From Patescibacteria group bacterium (lineage in GTDB: Bacteria; Patescibacteriota; Gracilibacteria; JAPLVM01), in the NCBI GenBank assembly GCA_026397115.1, contig JAPLVM010000005.1, forward strand, positions 1 to 34,078: a DNA stretch of 34,078 bases, written 5' to 3'. The notes below the pieces were generated by a model that ran no database searches, was not told the origin of the DNA, and saw only the letters and a list, made by a program, of their open reading frames with translations. This document shows positions 1-10,479 of the stretch, one piece after another. The first letter of the stretch is position 1, and every line of letters begins with the position of its first letter. Position numbers and translations under genes: made by a program.

Positions 1-2
1 GA

Positions 3-1847
3 TGTTTTTTGTTGTTTTGTAATTATCGGAGAAGTCTTTTCGAGTTTCCACGGTGGATTTGGGAATTTATTATCCAAAATTTCTATCTTATCTTCGGAAC
101 TTAGAGATAAAATCAATTTGTGCCGCTTGTCCTTTTCATCAGTGTCATCAGTCCCAATAAATTCGCTGTATTTGGATGTCTTTTCTATTTTATCAAATAA
201 CTTAGTTAAAACTTTATATGAGCCATTTGATAAATTGGCCAAAACATATTTTATCTTATGGCTATCTGGATCGATTCTCAATGTCAAAAGAATGATTTTA
301 TATGGTATCTGCGATTTATCGATGTCATGCTGAAATTCCCTGCGAGGGATTCTTCTCCATTGATTTTTATTTGGCATATAATGATATACCCCGTAGCATA
401 ATGGTTCTGAGGCTTCAATCATTTTATCTACTTTGTCAAGAATATATGGAAGATTAAGAAAAGAAAGTTTCGTAGATTCATGGATTTTTGTCTCATTATG
501 GACATCGGGATCGCTATCGCCAGATGTTGCCTCCCATTGGGGCTCCCCAGAAAGATCTTGAGCATGAGTTTCAGCAAAATGAATATCTAGTGTACGATCA
601 CTCCTTTTTTTTAAACTTAATTCGTTTTTGCTACTATCGCTGTCTGCTTGAATAAGCTCTGTTTCTCCTGACATTTCGAATTGAGTTTGATAATCAGACT
701 CTAATAAAGCGCTTTGAGCAGCCGATATTCTTTTCGCCTCTTCTAGCAAGTTTTCTGATAATTTGTTTAATTCATCCTTAATTTCATTTAAGCTAAATTT
801 TTTACCATTTGAAACAGCTTGCTCCTGGCAACGCCATATCAATCTATTTGCTTCTTCTATAAATTTACTGAGATAACTATCTACCATTTTTTGCTTATTT
901 CCCTTCGCCCCTTCTTCGCTTTCTAAAAGCCCTAGAAAAATTTTTAAATCTGTTTCGAGCCGATCTTTAGTGTCTTCCTTGGCGTGTTGAATCAATGTAA
1001 GAGGGCTACTTAAATGAAACCTTTTACGTATCGCATTGTCAATCTTTTGCTCGTGAAAAGATATTTTCGATGAATCATACTCTTTACTGATAAAATACAA
1101 AATTGCATCATTAATAAGCTTCACAAAATCATCCATTTCTTCCATAAATTCAGATGCATTAAAAACCATTCCGTTAGTAGCTATTTTGTCGTGAACCTCT
1201 GAAATCATTAAAGAGCTCCATTCATAGAATTTATCGATAAGTCGTACCGCGCTATTAAGTCCATCCTGATGAATGATAGCCTTTTTTATTTCTTGTTTCA
1301 TTAGGGCTTCTTGTTCATTGATTAGACCAAACATGATTTGCGCAGCTTTTTCAATCTCTTCTTTATGTTCAGGGTATTTTTTATATATATTAATTCTCTG
1401 TAATAAATCGGACCCAAACCGTTCGTTAAGCCATTTTTTATCAGGATAAAGATAGGCATAAGCTTCTTTTATTATTCGCATGGCATTTTCTTGCGTCTCG
1501 TCAGCTGCAAGTTGTGTACCCTCCTCATCGGCTTCCGTTTTTGCATTAACGGCATCGGTTTGCTCTTGGAATTCCTCCTTTTCAGGGACCTCCTGAGTAT
1601 CTATCTGCGCGTCAAGGGCAGTGAATAAACTTGCCAATCTCTCCTGAATTGTGTCAAGCTTTTCTGGCTGCCCATCAGCCATTTTGAATAACATTTTTTG
1701 AGTCTCAACAATGAGTGGATTATCTGCCTTATTTAAATTTTGATTTATTGTGGTAAACCACGATAAATCATACCAACTCTTTTTTCTATCTATATTCTTA
1801 TCCTTACCACCAATGAATGACAGCTCGCGGTCAAGTGATTCTTTCAT
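3..1847 (-). CDS. Large hypothetical protein, partial (>615 aa, runs off the left edge)
   Basis: Read manually: ATG at 1847 begins MKESLDRELSFIGGKDKNIDRKKSWYDLSW. The frame was open wherever I checked down to the window edge, and it is missing from the ORF track, as expected if it has no stop. Charged and helical; no family recognised. Confidence 0.85.
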   Translation of the reverse strand, partial: MKESLDRELSFIGGKDKNIDRKKSWYDLSWFTTINQNLNKADNPLIVETQKMLFKMADGQPEKLDTIQERLASLFTALDAQIDTQEVPEKEEFQEQTDAVNAKTEADEEGTQLAADETQENAMRIIKEAYAYLYPDKKWLNERFGSDLLQRINIYKKYPEHKEEIEKAAQIMFGLINEQEALMKQEIKKAIIHQDGLNSAVRLIDKFYEWSSLMISEVHDKIATNGMVFNASEFMEEMDDFVKLINDAILYFISKEYDSSKISFHEQKIDNAIRKRFHLSSPLTLIQHAKEDTKDRLETDLKIFLGLLESEEGAKGNKQKMVDSYLSKFIEEANRLIWRCQEQAVSNGKKFSLNEIKDELNKLSENLLEEAKRISAAQSALLESDYQTQFEMSGETELIQADSDSSKNELSLKKRSDRTLDIHFAETHAQDLSGEPQWEATSGDSDPDVHNETKIHESTKLSFLNLPYILDKVDKMIEASEPLCYGVYHYMPNKNQWRRIPRREFQHDIDKSQIPYKIILLTLRIDPDSHKIKYVLANLSNGSYKVLTKLFDKIEKTSKYSEFIGTDDTDEKDKRHKLILSLSSEDKIEILDNKFPNPPWKLEKTSPIITKQQKT

Positions 1848-1894
1848 AAATCAAATTTATTATTTTGGAAGCTTAACTCAATTCAGCTCATCGT

Positions 1895-1903
1895 ATTATA
1901 CCA
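1895..1903 (-). promoter_or_regulatory. Extended -10 promoter (TGnTATAAT) for the left-edge ORF
   Basis: The minus strand reads TGGTATAAT about 48 nt upstream of the ATG at 1847. Confidence 0.5.
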
Positions 1904-1968
1904 AAACCACCTCTAAAAATCTACTAAAAAACCTCTTTATTCGCCAAATAAAGCTTCCTTTTTTCCCC

Positions 1969-2616
1969 CTACTTTCCTAAAAACTTTTGCATCGCCTCCC
2001 AAACCCGCTCCTCTACTTGCTCCACGCTTCCCATCCCATCAATCCTTATCCAATTTGGCTCTGTTTCTGACAGCTGAATAAACCCATTTCGTAGCTTTTC
2101 ATGAAAATCCTGCGGCATGATATCATGCACTGCAACTCGTTGATCACGTGGCTTTTTCAATCTTTCCATCGCTTCTTCTGCTGGTACGTCTATAAAAAAT
2201 GTAAGATCTGGACACAGGCCGCCTGTAAAAGCATAATTAATCTCTTTTATCTGGTCTAACGGTAAGACGTTAAATACCAAAGATTGATATACAAAAGTAG
2301 AACCGCTATGGCGGTCACAAATCACTGTTTTGCCGGCTTCTAGATTTGGGCGGATAAATTTGGCAACGTGATAGGCGCGATCTGCGAAATACAACGCTAG
2401 GCCTGCCAGATTGTTGACGCCTTCTGGAAAGAAATCGCGAAAGAGTAGGATGTCGCGCATTTCTTTAGTAAATTCGAGATGGCGAGAGCCTGGTTCTTTG
2501 GTGATTTCTGCCATGTCATATCCGAGTTCCTGAAGTTTGGCGTGTAAAAGCTTGAGCTGTGTAGTCTTTCCTGAGCCCTCGCCTCCTTCAAATGTAATGA
2601 ATTTACCTTTTGTCAT
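1969..2616 (-). CDS. tmk: Thymidylate kinase
   Basis: FITFEGGEGSGKTTQ P-loop, TKEPG, ICDRH and PDLTFFIDV motifs. Confidence 0.96.
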   Translation of the reverse strand: MTKGKFITFEGGEGSGKTTQLKLLHAKLQELGYDMAEITKEPGSRHLEFTKEMRDILLFRDFFPEGVNNLAGLALYFADRAYHVAKFIRPNLEAGKTVICDRHSGSTFVYQSLVFNVLPLDQIKEINYAFTGGLCPDLTFFIDVPAEEAMERLKKPRDQRVAVHDIMPQDFHEKLRNGFIQLSETEPNWIRIDGMGSVEQVEERVWEAMQKFLGK

Positions 2617-2688
2617 GCTAATTTGATGATATAATAAAAAAGCATAAATATTGTAAACTATCTTTTAAATTTGCAAATAATTTTTCTC

Positions 2689-3120
2689 ATGAAAGTCAAA
2701 ATTTATCGTTGTAATAAATCTGCTTTGTTGCCTGTATATCAGACAAAAGGCGCTGTTGGTTTTGATTTCTTTGTTCTAGAAACATTTTCAATCAAGCCAA
2801 GCGAAATAAAGCTCATTCCAACCGGACTTGTTATCAAAATCCCAGTTAACTATGCTTTAATGATTGTTGCGCGTAGTTCTATGCCTCTTAAAAAAGGTCT
2901 AGACATTGCTAATGGTGTAGGTATTATTGATCAGGATTATTGTGGCCCAGATGATGAGATTAAGCTTCAGATACGAAATTTTTCAAATAAAATAATTACT
3001 GTTGAAAAGGGTGAACGGTTAGCTCAAGGTATTTTTGTGAGAGCAGACACAGCCGAGTTCATCGAGATAAAATCAATTAATAAGCAAAGCCGCAATGGTT
3101 TTGGATCTACTGGAAAATGA
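2689..3120 (+). CDS. dut: Trimeric dUTPase
   Basis: GAVGFD, RSS, GIIDQDYCG, RLAQGIF and RNGFGSTG motifs. ATG at 2689 is preferred over the upstream TTG. Confidence 0.95.
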   Translation: MKVKIYRCNKSALLPVYQTKGAVGFDFFVLETFSIKPSEIKLIPTGLVIKIPVNYALMIVARSSMPLKKGLDIANGVGIIDQDYCGPDDEIKLQIRNFSNKIITVEKGERLAQGIFVRADTAEFIEIKSINKQSRNGFGSTGK

Positions 3121-3584
3121 TTAAACTTTATTTTCAAACAAGTGTTGGTAGGCGCTGTAATCCGAGATTTTTTTATCCTTTAATCAGGACTATTTTTGCA
3201 GTTTCAAATATTAATCCAAAATCAGTAAAAATAAGCCTGATCTCAACAAACGATAAGGAGATACAAAAGTTAAATTTTGCGTATCGAAACAAAAATCAGC
3301 CTACTGATGTTTTGTCTTTTTTGTACTCTGAGCAGGACAATAAGGAATCTGTTGATGGAGAAATATTCATATCTTTGGAAAAGGCCAATTCTCAGGCCAA
3401 ATTATATGAACAAACTTTGTGTTCGGAGATGGCACGTCTTTTTGCTCATGGAGTTTTGCATCTCCTTGGAATTGATCATGAAATTAAAAATCAAAAAAAT
3501 AAGTTTTTTTCTATGCAGGAAGATAGCCTAAACCACTTTTGGGAGCGAAAAATAAAGAATACAAATTGTATTCAAAAAATTTAA
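3117..3584 (+). CDS. ybeY: rRNA maturation endoribonuclease YbeY
   Basis: LNxxYRxKxxPTDVLSF and HGVLHLLGIDH metal-binding motifs; ATGA overlap with dut. Confidence 0.93.
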   Translation: MIKLYFQTSVGRRCNPRFFYPLIRTIFAVSNINPKSVKISLISTNDKEIQKLNFAYRNKNQPTDVLSFLYSEQDNKESVDGEIFISLEKANSQAKLYEQTLCSEMARLFAHGVLHLLGIDHEIKNQKNKFFSMQEDSLNHFWERKIKNTNCIQKI

Positions 3585-3643
3585 AATTTTGCTTTTTTCG
3601 AATAAATAATTTGCGCGTAATAGGAAAATCATTAAAAAAAGCC

Positions 3644-3672
3644 TTGCGTGTTTTTTGGGTCACTTTTATACT
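3644..3672 (+). promoter_or_regulatory. Sigma70-type promoter upstream of ftsA
   Basis: TTGCGT-N17-TATACT. Confidence 0.55.
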
Positions 3673-3701
3673 CGACCCAGATATTTTAAATTTATTTAAA
3701 A

Positions 3702-4940
3702 GTGGCTCGCGAAAAAATCTTTGTCGGCATTGATATAGGTACTTCAAAAATTCGTACGGTTGTTGCGTCAATTGACGCTAGTAGCAATGACAATTTAAAT
3801 GTCATTGGTGTTGGAGTTGCGCCATCTACAGGCATTCGCAAAGGAGCAGTTGTAGACATTGAAGATACTATTCGCGCAATTACTATGTCTGTTGAAGATG
3901 CCGAGAGAATGGCTGGTGAGCCAATACGCGATGCTTTTATAGCTATTGGCGGGCATCATTTGCAAACAACTTTTTCTCGAGGTGTAGTTGCCGTTGGGCA
4001 GACTGGCCGCGAAATATCACAGCATGATATAGAAAGAGTTTTAGAGGCGGCACAATCAGTCGCCCTACCTCACAATCAACAAGCTATTAAGATCGTTCCA
4101 CGCAGCTTTACTATTGATGATCAAGAAAGAATCAAAGATCCTACTGGTATGACTGGCATTAGACTGGATGTTGACACACTAATCATGTCTGGCAGCACGC
4201 CATACATTCGTAATATTGAAAAATGCGTACACGAATCAGGTGTAGGTATTATTGATTTTATTCCAACGCCACTTGCAGCAGCTGAATCTACTTTAGATCG
4301 TAGGCAAAAAGAACTTGGTGTATGTGTAATAGACATTGGCGCAGGCGCGACATCTATTGCTATTTATGAGGAAGGAAGTTTATTACACGCTATTACTCTT
4401 GGAATTGGATCTGAAAATATCACTAATGACATTGCGATTGGACTTCGTACATCAATAGATACTGCTGAGAAAGTAAAAATTGCATACGGTCATTGCTTGC
4501 CAAATGAAGTCAATAAGAGAGAACAGATTCATTTGGGACAATTTTCAAAAGTTGATGATCACCAGATTCCGCGCCATCAACTTGCAACAATAATTGAGGC
4601 CAGAATGCGTGAAATTCTTACGATGGTTAAGGCAGAGCTTCGTAATGCTGGTCGCGATGGACTGCTTCCTGCTGGAGCAATTCTTACTGGCGCTACAGCC
4701 AAAATGCTAGGATTAGTTGAATTGACTCGTGAAGTTCTAGGTTTACCCGCGCAAATAGGACAGCCGCAAAATGTAACTGGCGTAGTTGAGCAAATTAAAG
4801 ATCCGAGTTATGCAACTGTAATTGGTAGCATTCTTTATGGCTTGCGTCATCCATCGCACTCTCATAGTTTCGGCAATAATATAAAATTAGGCGGTTTATT
4901 TTCTGGGTTCTCAGATTGGGTCAAGCACTTGTTACCATAA
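3702..4940 (+). CDS. ftsA: Cell division protein FtsA
   Basis: GIDIGTSKI and IDIGAGAT actin-like motifs; GTG start; lies directly upstream of ftsZ. Confidence 0.96.
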   Translation: MAREKIFVGIDIGTSKIRTVVASIDASSNDNLNVIGVGVAPSTGIRKGAVVDIEDTIRAITMSVEDAERMAGEPIRDAFIAIGGHHLQTTFSRGVVAVGQTGREISQHDIERVLEAAQSVALPHNQQAIKIVPRSFTIDDQERIKDPTGMTGIRLDVDTLIMSGSTPYIRNIEKCVHESGVGIIDFIPTPLAAAESTLDRRQKELGVCVIDIGAGATSIAIYEEGSLLHAITLGIGSENITNDIAIGLRTSIDTAEKVKIAYGHCLPNEVNKREQIHLGQFSKVDDHQIPRHQLATIIEARMREILTMVKAELRNAGRDGLLPAGAILTGATAKMLGLVELTREVLGLPAQIGQPQNVTGVVEQIKDPSYATVIGSILYGLRHPSHSHSFGNNIKLGGLFSGFSDWVKHLLP

Positions 4941-4944
4941 AAAT

Positions 4945-5020
4945 AGTAGAGTTTTTTGACCGGGGTTGCCAAACGGGAGCATACAAAGTCTATCTCCCGC
5001 CCCGATCAGAATACTTTACT
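4945..5020 (+). promoter_or_regulatory. Long GC-rich intergenic stem-loop between ftsA and ftsZ
   Basis: Nested pairings AGTAGAGT/ACTTTACT, TTTTGA/TCAGAA, CGGGG/CCCCG and CGGGAG/CTCCCG, followed by a U-rich tract. Confidence 0.6.
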
Positions 5021-5059
5021 TAATTACTTTCTTTCTTTTAATTTTTTTATTTATATAAA

Positions 5060-6145
5060 ATGGCTGAAGTTACCCCAGATATTACTCCTGTTGCCAAAAT
5101 CGTAATCCTAGGTATTGGCGGCGGTGGAAGCAACGCGATAAACCGCATGATCAAGGCAGGCGTTAGAGGTGTTGAGTTTGTAGCTGTCAATACTGATGCT
5201 CAGGCTCTTTCTCATAATGATTCTCCTACTAAGCTGGCAATTGGTCGCGCATCTACAAAAGGACTTGGCGCAGGTGCTATGCCAGAGGTTGGACGTAAGG
5301 CAGCTGAAGAATCCATTGAAGATATCAGAGCAGTTATTGAGGGTGCTGATATGGTTTTTGTAACTGCATGCGAAGGTGGTGGCACTGGAACTGGTGCTTC
5401 GCCTATTATCGCTCAACTGGCTAAAGAAATGGGAATTTTAACTGTTGCTGTTGTGACTAAACCGTTTTCATTTGAAGGTCCGAAAAAGGCTCGCGTAGCA
5501 GATGATGGCGTGAAAGAACTTAAGGAAAATGTTGATACTGTGATTGTTATTCCAAATGACCGCGTGCTTGCGCTTATTGATAAAAAAACTCCGCTAACAG
5601 ATGCCTTTATGGTTGTTGATGATGTGCTTAGACAAGGTATTTCCGGAATTTCAGATCTTATTACAAGAAATGGCATTATCAACGTGGACTTTGCAGATAT
5701 TCGCACGATCATGAAAGATGCTGGTACAGCACTCATGGGAATTGGCTATGGTACTGGGGAGAACCGCGCTATCGAAGCTGCTCGTCAAGCCATTGACTCA
5801 CCTCTTCTTGAAATGTCAATCAATGGGGCTAAGAATATTGTTTACAACATTACCGGTGGATCTGATTTGAGTATGTTCGAAGTTGATGAAGCTTCGCGAA
5901 TCATTACTGAAGCGGCTGATCCCGATGCCAATATTATCTTTGGCGTTGGAGTAGATGACGACATGACAGGAGAAATTAAAATTACTGTTGTTGCTGCTGG
6001 ATTTGACGAAGAAGCTTTGGCTAAGAATAAAGTTCCTGAGCCATCTAAAAAATCCCCTCTGCATCAGATATTGTCCGGACAAGCTAAAAAACCTGATCCT
6101 GACGAGCTTGATGTGCCTGCATTTATGAGGAAAACGATAAAGTAA
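5060..6145 (+). CDS. ftsZ: Cell division protein FtsZ
   Basis: GGGTGTG tubulin signature, NVDFAD T7 loop and C-terminal LDVPAFMR peptide. Confidence 0.98.
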   Translation: MAEVTPDITPVAKIVILGIGGGGSNAINRMIKAGVRGVEFVAVNTDAQALSHNDSPTKLAIGRASTKGLGAGAMPEVGRKAAEESIEDIRAVIEGADMVFVTACEGGGTGTGASPIIAQLAKEMGILTVAVVTKPFSFEGPKKARVADDGVKELKENVDTVIVIPNDRVLALIDKKTPLTDAFMVVDDVLRQGISGISDLITRNGIINVDFADIRTIMKDAGTALMGIGYGTGENRAIEAARQAIDSPLLEMSINGAKNIVYNITGGSDLSMFEVDEASRIITEAADPDANIIFGVGVDDDMTGEIKITVVAAGFDEEALAKNKVPEPSKKSPLHQILSGQAKKPDPDELDVPAFMRKTIK

Positions 6146-6195
6146 ATTTCTATTTTGCTTTCAAATAAGCCCTTGCGAAGGGCTCCGTACAACAG

Positions 6196-6225
6196 TCAAA
6201 AATCCGCTTAATAGCGGATTTTTGA
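6196..6225. terminator. Bidirectional intrinsic terminator between the convergent ftsZ and argS
   Basis: Perfect 13-bp inverted repeat TCAAAAATCCGCT/AGCGGATTTTTGA with A/T tails. A second hairpin AGCCCTT-GCG-AAGGGCT lies at 6168-6184. Confidence 0.8.
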
Positions 6226-6240
6226 TACACAAAATTACTT

Positions 6241-7983
6241 TCACATCCTTTTTGGCGCTTCGATGCCAAGTAAATATAAGCCTGAAGCTAATACAATTCG
6301 AGTTGCCTTGCATAAGGCCAAACGCGATTTTTTGGTTTCTTTGTCAGCTGTTAAAATTGGTGATAATTCATAAAAAGATGAAAAAGCCTGCGCCAAATCC
6401 AATAGATAATTACAAACTACAGAAGGATCGCGTTTTTCAGCCGCTTTCAAAACAACATTTCCATAGTTATTAAGTAATCTAGCCAATGAATGTTCGCTTG
6501 TATTATTGCCTAGTTTTTTAAGCTTAAAATCTTTTAGATTTACTTTACCTGCTTTGCGAAAAATACTGCAAATTCTGGCATAAGCATATTGTATATACGG
6601 CCCGCTGTCACCAGTAAAAGAAACTGAAGTTTCAAAATCAAACGCAATATTTTTTGACGCAGAGCTTTTAAGCATGGAAAATTTAACTGCGCCAACGGCT
6701 ATTTTTTCTACTGTGTCTTCTTTCTCGCGTCCAGATAAGAAAGTATTTTTGACCAATTTTCGTAAAATTCGCTTTCTAGCTTCATCGATTAGCCATTCAG
6801 CTGTAATTACTTCGCCTGTACGAGATGACATTTTGCCTGACCTTAGGTTAACCATTCCATAGGCAAGATTCTCTTGCCGATTTATTTGCCATTTATCACG
6901 CAGTTCAAGGACTTTGAATATAACTTGAAAATAGCCGGCTTGTTCGCTCGCAACAACATGGATATTACGATCAAATTTAAATGCTTTTTTTTCCATTTCA
7001 GCTAAAGCAAGCTCCTTTGCCTCGTATGGAGCTGTTCCTGCAGAAGTCACAAAAACTCGCCTGTGTAAACCATATTTCTCGCCAGGAAAAACAACTGCAC
7101 CTTCTGACTTTTCCAATATTCCTGCTTTTAATAATTCACGCGAGATTTTAAGTCCGCGGGCCCACATCTCAGATTCCATAAAACAACGATCAAAATGAGA
7201 ATGCAGTCGCTTATAAATGCATCTTTCAAAATAATCTAATGACCATTGTCTGGTTTCTTGCCATAATGGAATAATATATTTGGCCTGATTATAAATATCT
7301 ATATTCAGTTGCTTAATCTCAGCTTCGATTTGCGAATTCTTTTCAGCAGCTTTTACGCCAAGAGCATACATTGATCCAAGAAATTGCACTCTATCTCTTA
7401 TTAAACTTTGGTTAGATTTACTCTTGCGCAGTTTTTGTAGTTCTTGCTGTCCTTTGTTTAATATACCCCACAAACATTTTGCAACGTGCGGCCCAACATC
7501 ACCCTGATAATTGCTGCGAAATATTTTTGCTCCACTTTTTTCAAATATACGCACTAGTGATTCACCTATACTAAGATTGCGTAGATGACCAATATGAAAA
7601 AATTTATGAGTGTTAGGATGAGCAAATTCAATCATGATTTTTTGATCCTTATACAGGCTGCCAGTCCCAAATTCATCTGGATTATTTAAAATCGTAAGTA
7701 GCGGAGCAAATAAATCTTTTACTTGAAACCAAAGGTTCACATAACCTGATATGCTTTCTACATCTTCAAACGCTGTATTATGAATACAAATTTTGCTAAG
7801 AGCCTCAGCCATTTTGTTTGGCGCTACCTTAGTTTTGCGAGCAATGGAAAAAAGTGGCACAGCTATGTCACCCATTTCCGGATTTGGCGGATTTTCCAAA
7901 ATTATATCTGAAAAAACAATTCCTGCTTTTGGATATAACTTGCGTAGAGCATCAAAAATAATTTGTCGAGTCGAATCTAACAT
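6241..7983 (-). CDS. argS: Arginyl-tRNA synthetase
   Basis: PN..K.FHIGHLRN (HIGH), KMSSRTG, GDSGPYIQYAYARICSI and C-terminal GIEAPKRM. The start is taken at ATG 7983, downstream of tRNA-Cys. Confidence 0.95.
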   Translation of the reverse strand: MLDSTRQIIFDALRKLYPKAGIVFSDIILENPPNPEMGDIAVPLFSIARKTKVAPNKMAEALSKICIHNTAFEDVESISGYVNLWFQVKDLFAPLLTILNNPDEFGTGSLYKDQKIMIEFAHPNTHKFFHIGHLRNLSIGESLVRIFEKSGAKIFRSNYQGDVGPHVAKCLWGILNKGQQELQKLRKSKSNQSLIRDRVQFLGSMYALGVKAAEKNSQIEAEIKQLNIDIYNQAKYIIPLWQETRQWSLDYFERCIYKRLHSHFDRCFMESEMWARGLKISRELLKAGILEKSEGAVVFPGEKYGLHRRVFVTSAGTAPYEAKELALAEMEKKAFKFDRNIHVVASEQAGYFQVIFKVLELRDKWQINRQENLAYGMVNLRSGKMSSRTGEVITAEWLIDEARKRILRKLVKNTFLSGREKEDTVEKIAVGAVKFSMLKSSASKNIAFDFETSVSFTGDSGPYIQYAYARICSIFRKAGKVNLKDFKLKKLGNNTSEHSLARLLNNYGNVVLKAAEKRDPSVVCNYLLDLAQAFSSFYELSPILTADKETKKSRLALCKATRIVLASGLYLLGIEAPKRM

Positions 7984-8001
7984 TTGAAATCTATAATGTT
8001 T

Positions 8002-8075
<74 letters not shown>

Positions 8076-8078
8076 AAG

Positions 8079-9554
8079 CTATCCAAATATTTCATGAGCA
8101 TTCTCCACTGGGGTTTTTGAAGGTAGCAATGGAGTAAACGAATGAGATATTTGCTCGGTTTCTGAATTTGAAACTTGCGGTTCCGAGATCCAATTAATTG
8201 TAAATTTTTTCTTAAAAACATTCTCTATTTCTTTTTCTATCATGATTGAAATATCTGGCTTAGATACCTTATCAAAATGAAATTCTGAGTGTAAAACCAT
8301 AGTTAAATTGCCATCTAGAAATTCTCGAGGAATTGCGGTTTTTAGGCTATTTCGCAAAGATACAGCCAAGGAGCTTGAATTTAATACTTCAACCCAAAGC
8401 TTTTTAAAGGTATCATCAATATGCCCAGAAAATTCAGTTGCTTTTGGCTGAGGCTTAGCCATACAAATTTCATCATTACTTTTATTAACAGCTTGCTTAG
8501 TATGAGAATATTTTTGCGCATTATTTGATTGAATCTCGCTGTTATCTAAAAGTGCGATTTCAGCAATTGCCATTTCTAGCGGTAATTCAGCAACCAGAGA
8601 GGATTTGAACTGGTCGCTTGCTTTTAGAAAAATAGTAATTAATTTGGCTGTGTAACCTAACTTTTCAGGCTCATTCAGCTGTTCCAGTAAGTTATTTTGC
8701 AGTCGCTTTAATACTTCCCTGGTAAGCGTTTTTAAATTTTGTCCAAAATTATGCAGTTCAGCTATATATTCAGCCAATTCTTTCCACTTTTTGCCGCCTA
8801 ATAGTTCCATAAATTTATTAACAGCTGCAGTGCCAATGATTCCCAAAGATTGAGCTGCAGATTCTTCATCAAGAGCGTTCTCAGACATAAGCTGCTCAAG
8901 CAAAACTTCGCCGTTACGAACAGCTCCATCAGCCCTTTCAGCAATCATTTCAAGCACTGTTTTTTTACATTTTAGTTTTTCGCCCTTACACACAGTTTCA
9001 AGTTTTTTGACAATATCAGAGGCTTTAACGCGATGAAAATCAAATCGTTGGCAACGAGATAAAATTGTTTCAGGCACTTTATCAATCTCAGTTGTGGCAA
9101 GGATGAAATGTAGATGCGCCGGAGGCTCTTCTAATGTTTTTAATAAAGCATTGAAAGCAGATCTAGAAAGCATATGCACCTCATCAATAATATAAATCTT
9201 TTTCTTGGCAGATACTGGGGCGAATTGAGATTTTTCAATGAGTTCGCGAATGTCATCAACTCCTGTATGAGAGGCTGCGTCCATTTCAATAAGATCCATT
9301 GCTCGTCCATCAACAATTTCTAGGCAATGTCTGCATTTCAAGCATGGATCTCCTGTTTTTGCTGGTTTATCACACATCAATGCTTTGGCTAGAATGCGAG
9401 CAACTGTTGTTTTGCCTGTTCCGCGCGGTCCTGTAAAAATATATGCGTGTGAAGCCATATTTTTCAATAGTGCGGCTTGGATGACGTTTTTAATATGTTC
9501 TTGTCCTTCGATTTCAGAAAATATTTGCGGACGATATTTTTGATAAAGAGCCAT
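8079..9554 (-). CDS. dnaX: DNA polymerase III subunit gamma/tau
   Basis: MALYQKYRP start, GPRGTGKT Walker A, zinc-binding cysteines, IIDEVHML, FNALLKTLEEPP and SRC motif. Confidence 0.96.
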   Translation of the reverse strand: MALYQKYRPQIFSEIEGQEHIKNVIQAALLKNMASHAYIFTGPRGTGKTTVARILAKALMCDKPAKTGDPCLKCRHCLEIVDGRAMDLIEMDAASHTGVDDIRELIEKSQFAPVSAKKKIYIIDEVHMLSRSAFNALLKTLEEPPAHLHFILATTEIDKVPETILSRCQRFDFHRVKASDIVKKLETVCKGEKLKCKKTVLEMIAERADGAVRNGEVLLEQLMSENALDEESAAQSLGIIGTAAVNKFMELLGGKKWKELAEYIAELHNFGQNLKTLTREVLKRLQNNLLEQLNEPEKLGYTAKLITIFLKASDQFKSSLVAELPLEMAIAEIALLDNSEIQSNNAQKYSHTKQAVNKSNDEICMAKPQPKATEFSGHIDDTFKKLWVEVLNSSSLAVSLRNSLKTAIPREFLDGNLTMVLHSEFHFDKVSKPDISIMIEKEIENVFKKKFTINWISEPQVSNSETEQISHSFTPLLPSKTPVENAHEIFG

Positions 9555-9685
9555 TGGATTTAAAATCAATTTAGCGATTGGCAAGATTGATTTTGACAAA
9601 ACTTGTGTAGAAAATCAACCAGATAGTTTATAATTTCCACGCTTTTGCAAATTCGTATCTTTCAAATAAAATTTAATAGCTCAGA

Positions 9686-10267
9686 ATGATAGGATTTCTT
9701 ACTGGCAAAATATTGGAAATAAATAATAATCAAATATTAATAGACGTAAATGGCGTTGGTTATCTTGTGTCTGCTACAAATGAAACTGCGAGTAGGTCAT
9801 TAGTAAATAATGAGATCAAGCTCTATATTTATACTGCTGTTTCGGAAAATGATATTCGGCTTTTTGGATTTGGCGGTCAGAATGAATTGCAACTTTTCAA
9901 AAAGCTCCTTGGAGTTAAGGGCGTTGGACCAAAAACCGCATTGAATATTTTTGAACTACCGCTTGGCATTATCATCAATGCTATTGTAAATAGCGATCAT
10001 CATGTCTTATCAACAATATCTGGGCTTGGGCGTAAAACAGCAGAGCGTATTTGCTTGGATTTACATGATAAACTTGATAGCTTAGCTATTGAGGCTATTT
10101 CGCATGATAGTATGAAAGCTGATAACAGCAATGGCAAAATACAAGAAGCATGCGAAGCCTTGTGCAATCTTGGTTGTGAACGAAATGCTGTTATGCGTAA
10201 ATTGGTTTTGGCTCCAACTAATTTTTCTTCTGAAGAATTAGTACGTTGGTACTTACAAAATAGCTAA
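9686..10267 (+). CDS. ruvA: Holliday junction DNA-binding protein RuvA
   Basis: MIGFLTG, DVNGVGY, LFGF and two HhH motifs (GVGPKTA, GLGRKTAERI). Confidence 0.95.
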   Translation: MIGFLTGKILEINNNQILIDVNGVGYLVSATNETASRSLVNNEIKLYIYTAVSENDIRLFGFGGQNELQLFKKLLGVKGVGPKTALNIFELPLGIIINAIVNSDHHVLSTISGLGRKTAERICLDLHDKLDSLAIEAISHDSMKADNSNGKIQEACEALCNLGCERNAVMRKLVLAPTNFSSEELVRWYLQNS

Positions 10268-10291
10268 CTTGAAGAAAAAACTGCGAATTTT

Positions 10292-10320
10292 TTGACACAG
10301 CTGCCGAACTAACCTAAAAT
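10292..10320 (+). promoter_or_regulatory. Sigma70 promoter of the rplJL operon
   Basis: TTGACA-N17-TAAAAT. Confidence 0.8.
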
Positions 10321-10327
10321 ATCATTG

Positions 10328-10460
10328 TAAGTCAGAGAAAGCACGGCATTCTTTTGAGAAATAAGTCCTGCTTAGACATTACTATTAGTTTTGTTGCCGT
10401 GGAAATGCGAGATGGTAATAAAAATTTATGGTTCATGCTCTGATAAGCATGAATTTTTTA
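10328..10460 (+). ncRNA. Ribosomal protein L10 leader with attenuator terminator
   Basis: GTC-AGAGA-AAGCA-c-GG...CC-TGCTT-A-GAC stem with a purine-rich internal loop, a second hairpin ATTACTATT/GATGGTAAT, and terminator GGTTCATGCT/AGCATGAATT plus U-run directly before rplJ. Position and architecture match the known L10 leader. Confidence 0.7.
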
Positions 10461-10479
10461 TAATTTAATAACAATTATT

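Noticed and set aside
118..1980. Plus-strand ORFs 118-333 and 1750-1980
   Set aside because: They are antisense to the long minus-strand ORF starting at 1847 and its promoter region.
8079..9554. Programmed -1 frameshift in dnaX (gamma/tau)
   Set aside because: I found no correctly phased A-AAA-AAG type heptamer or long A run with stimulatory elements at the sites inspected.
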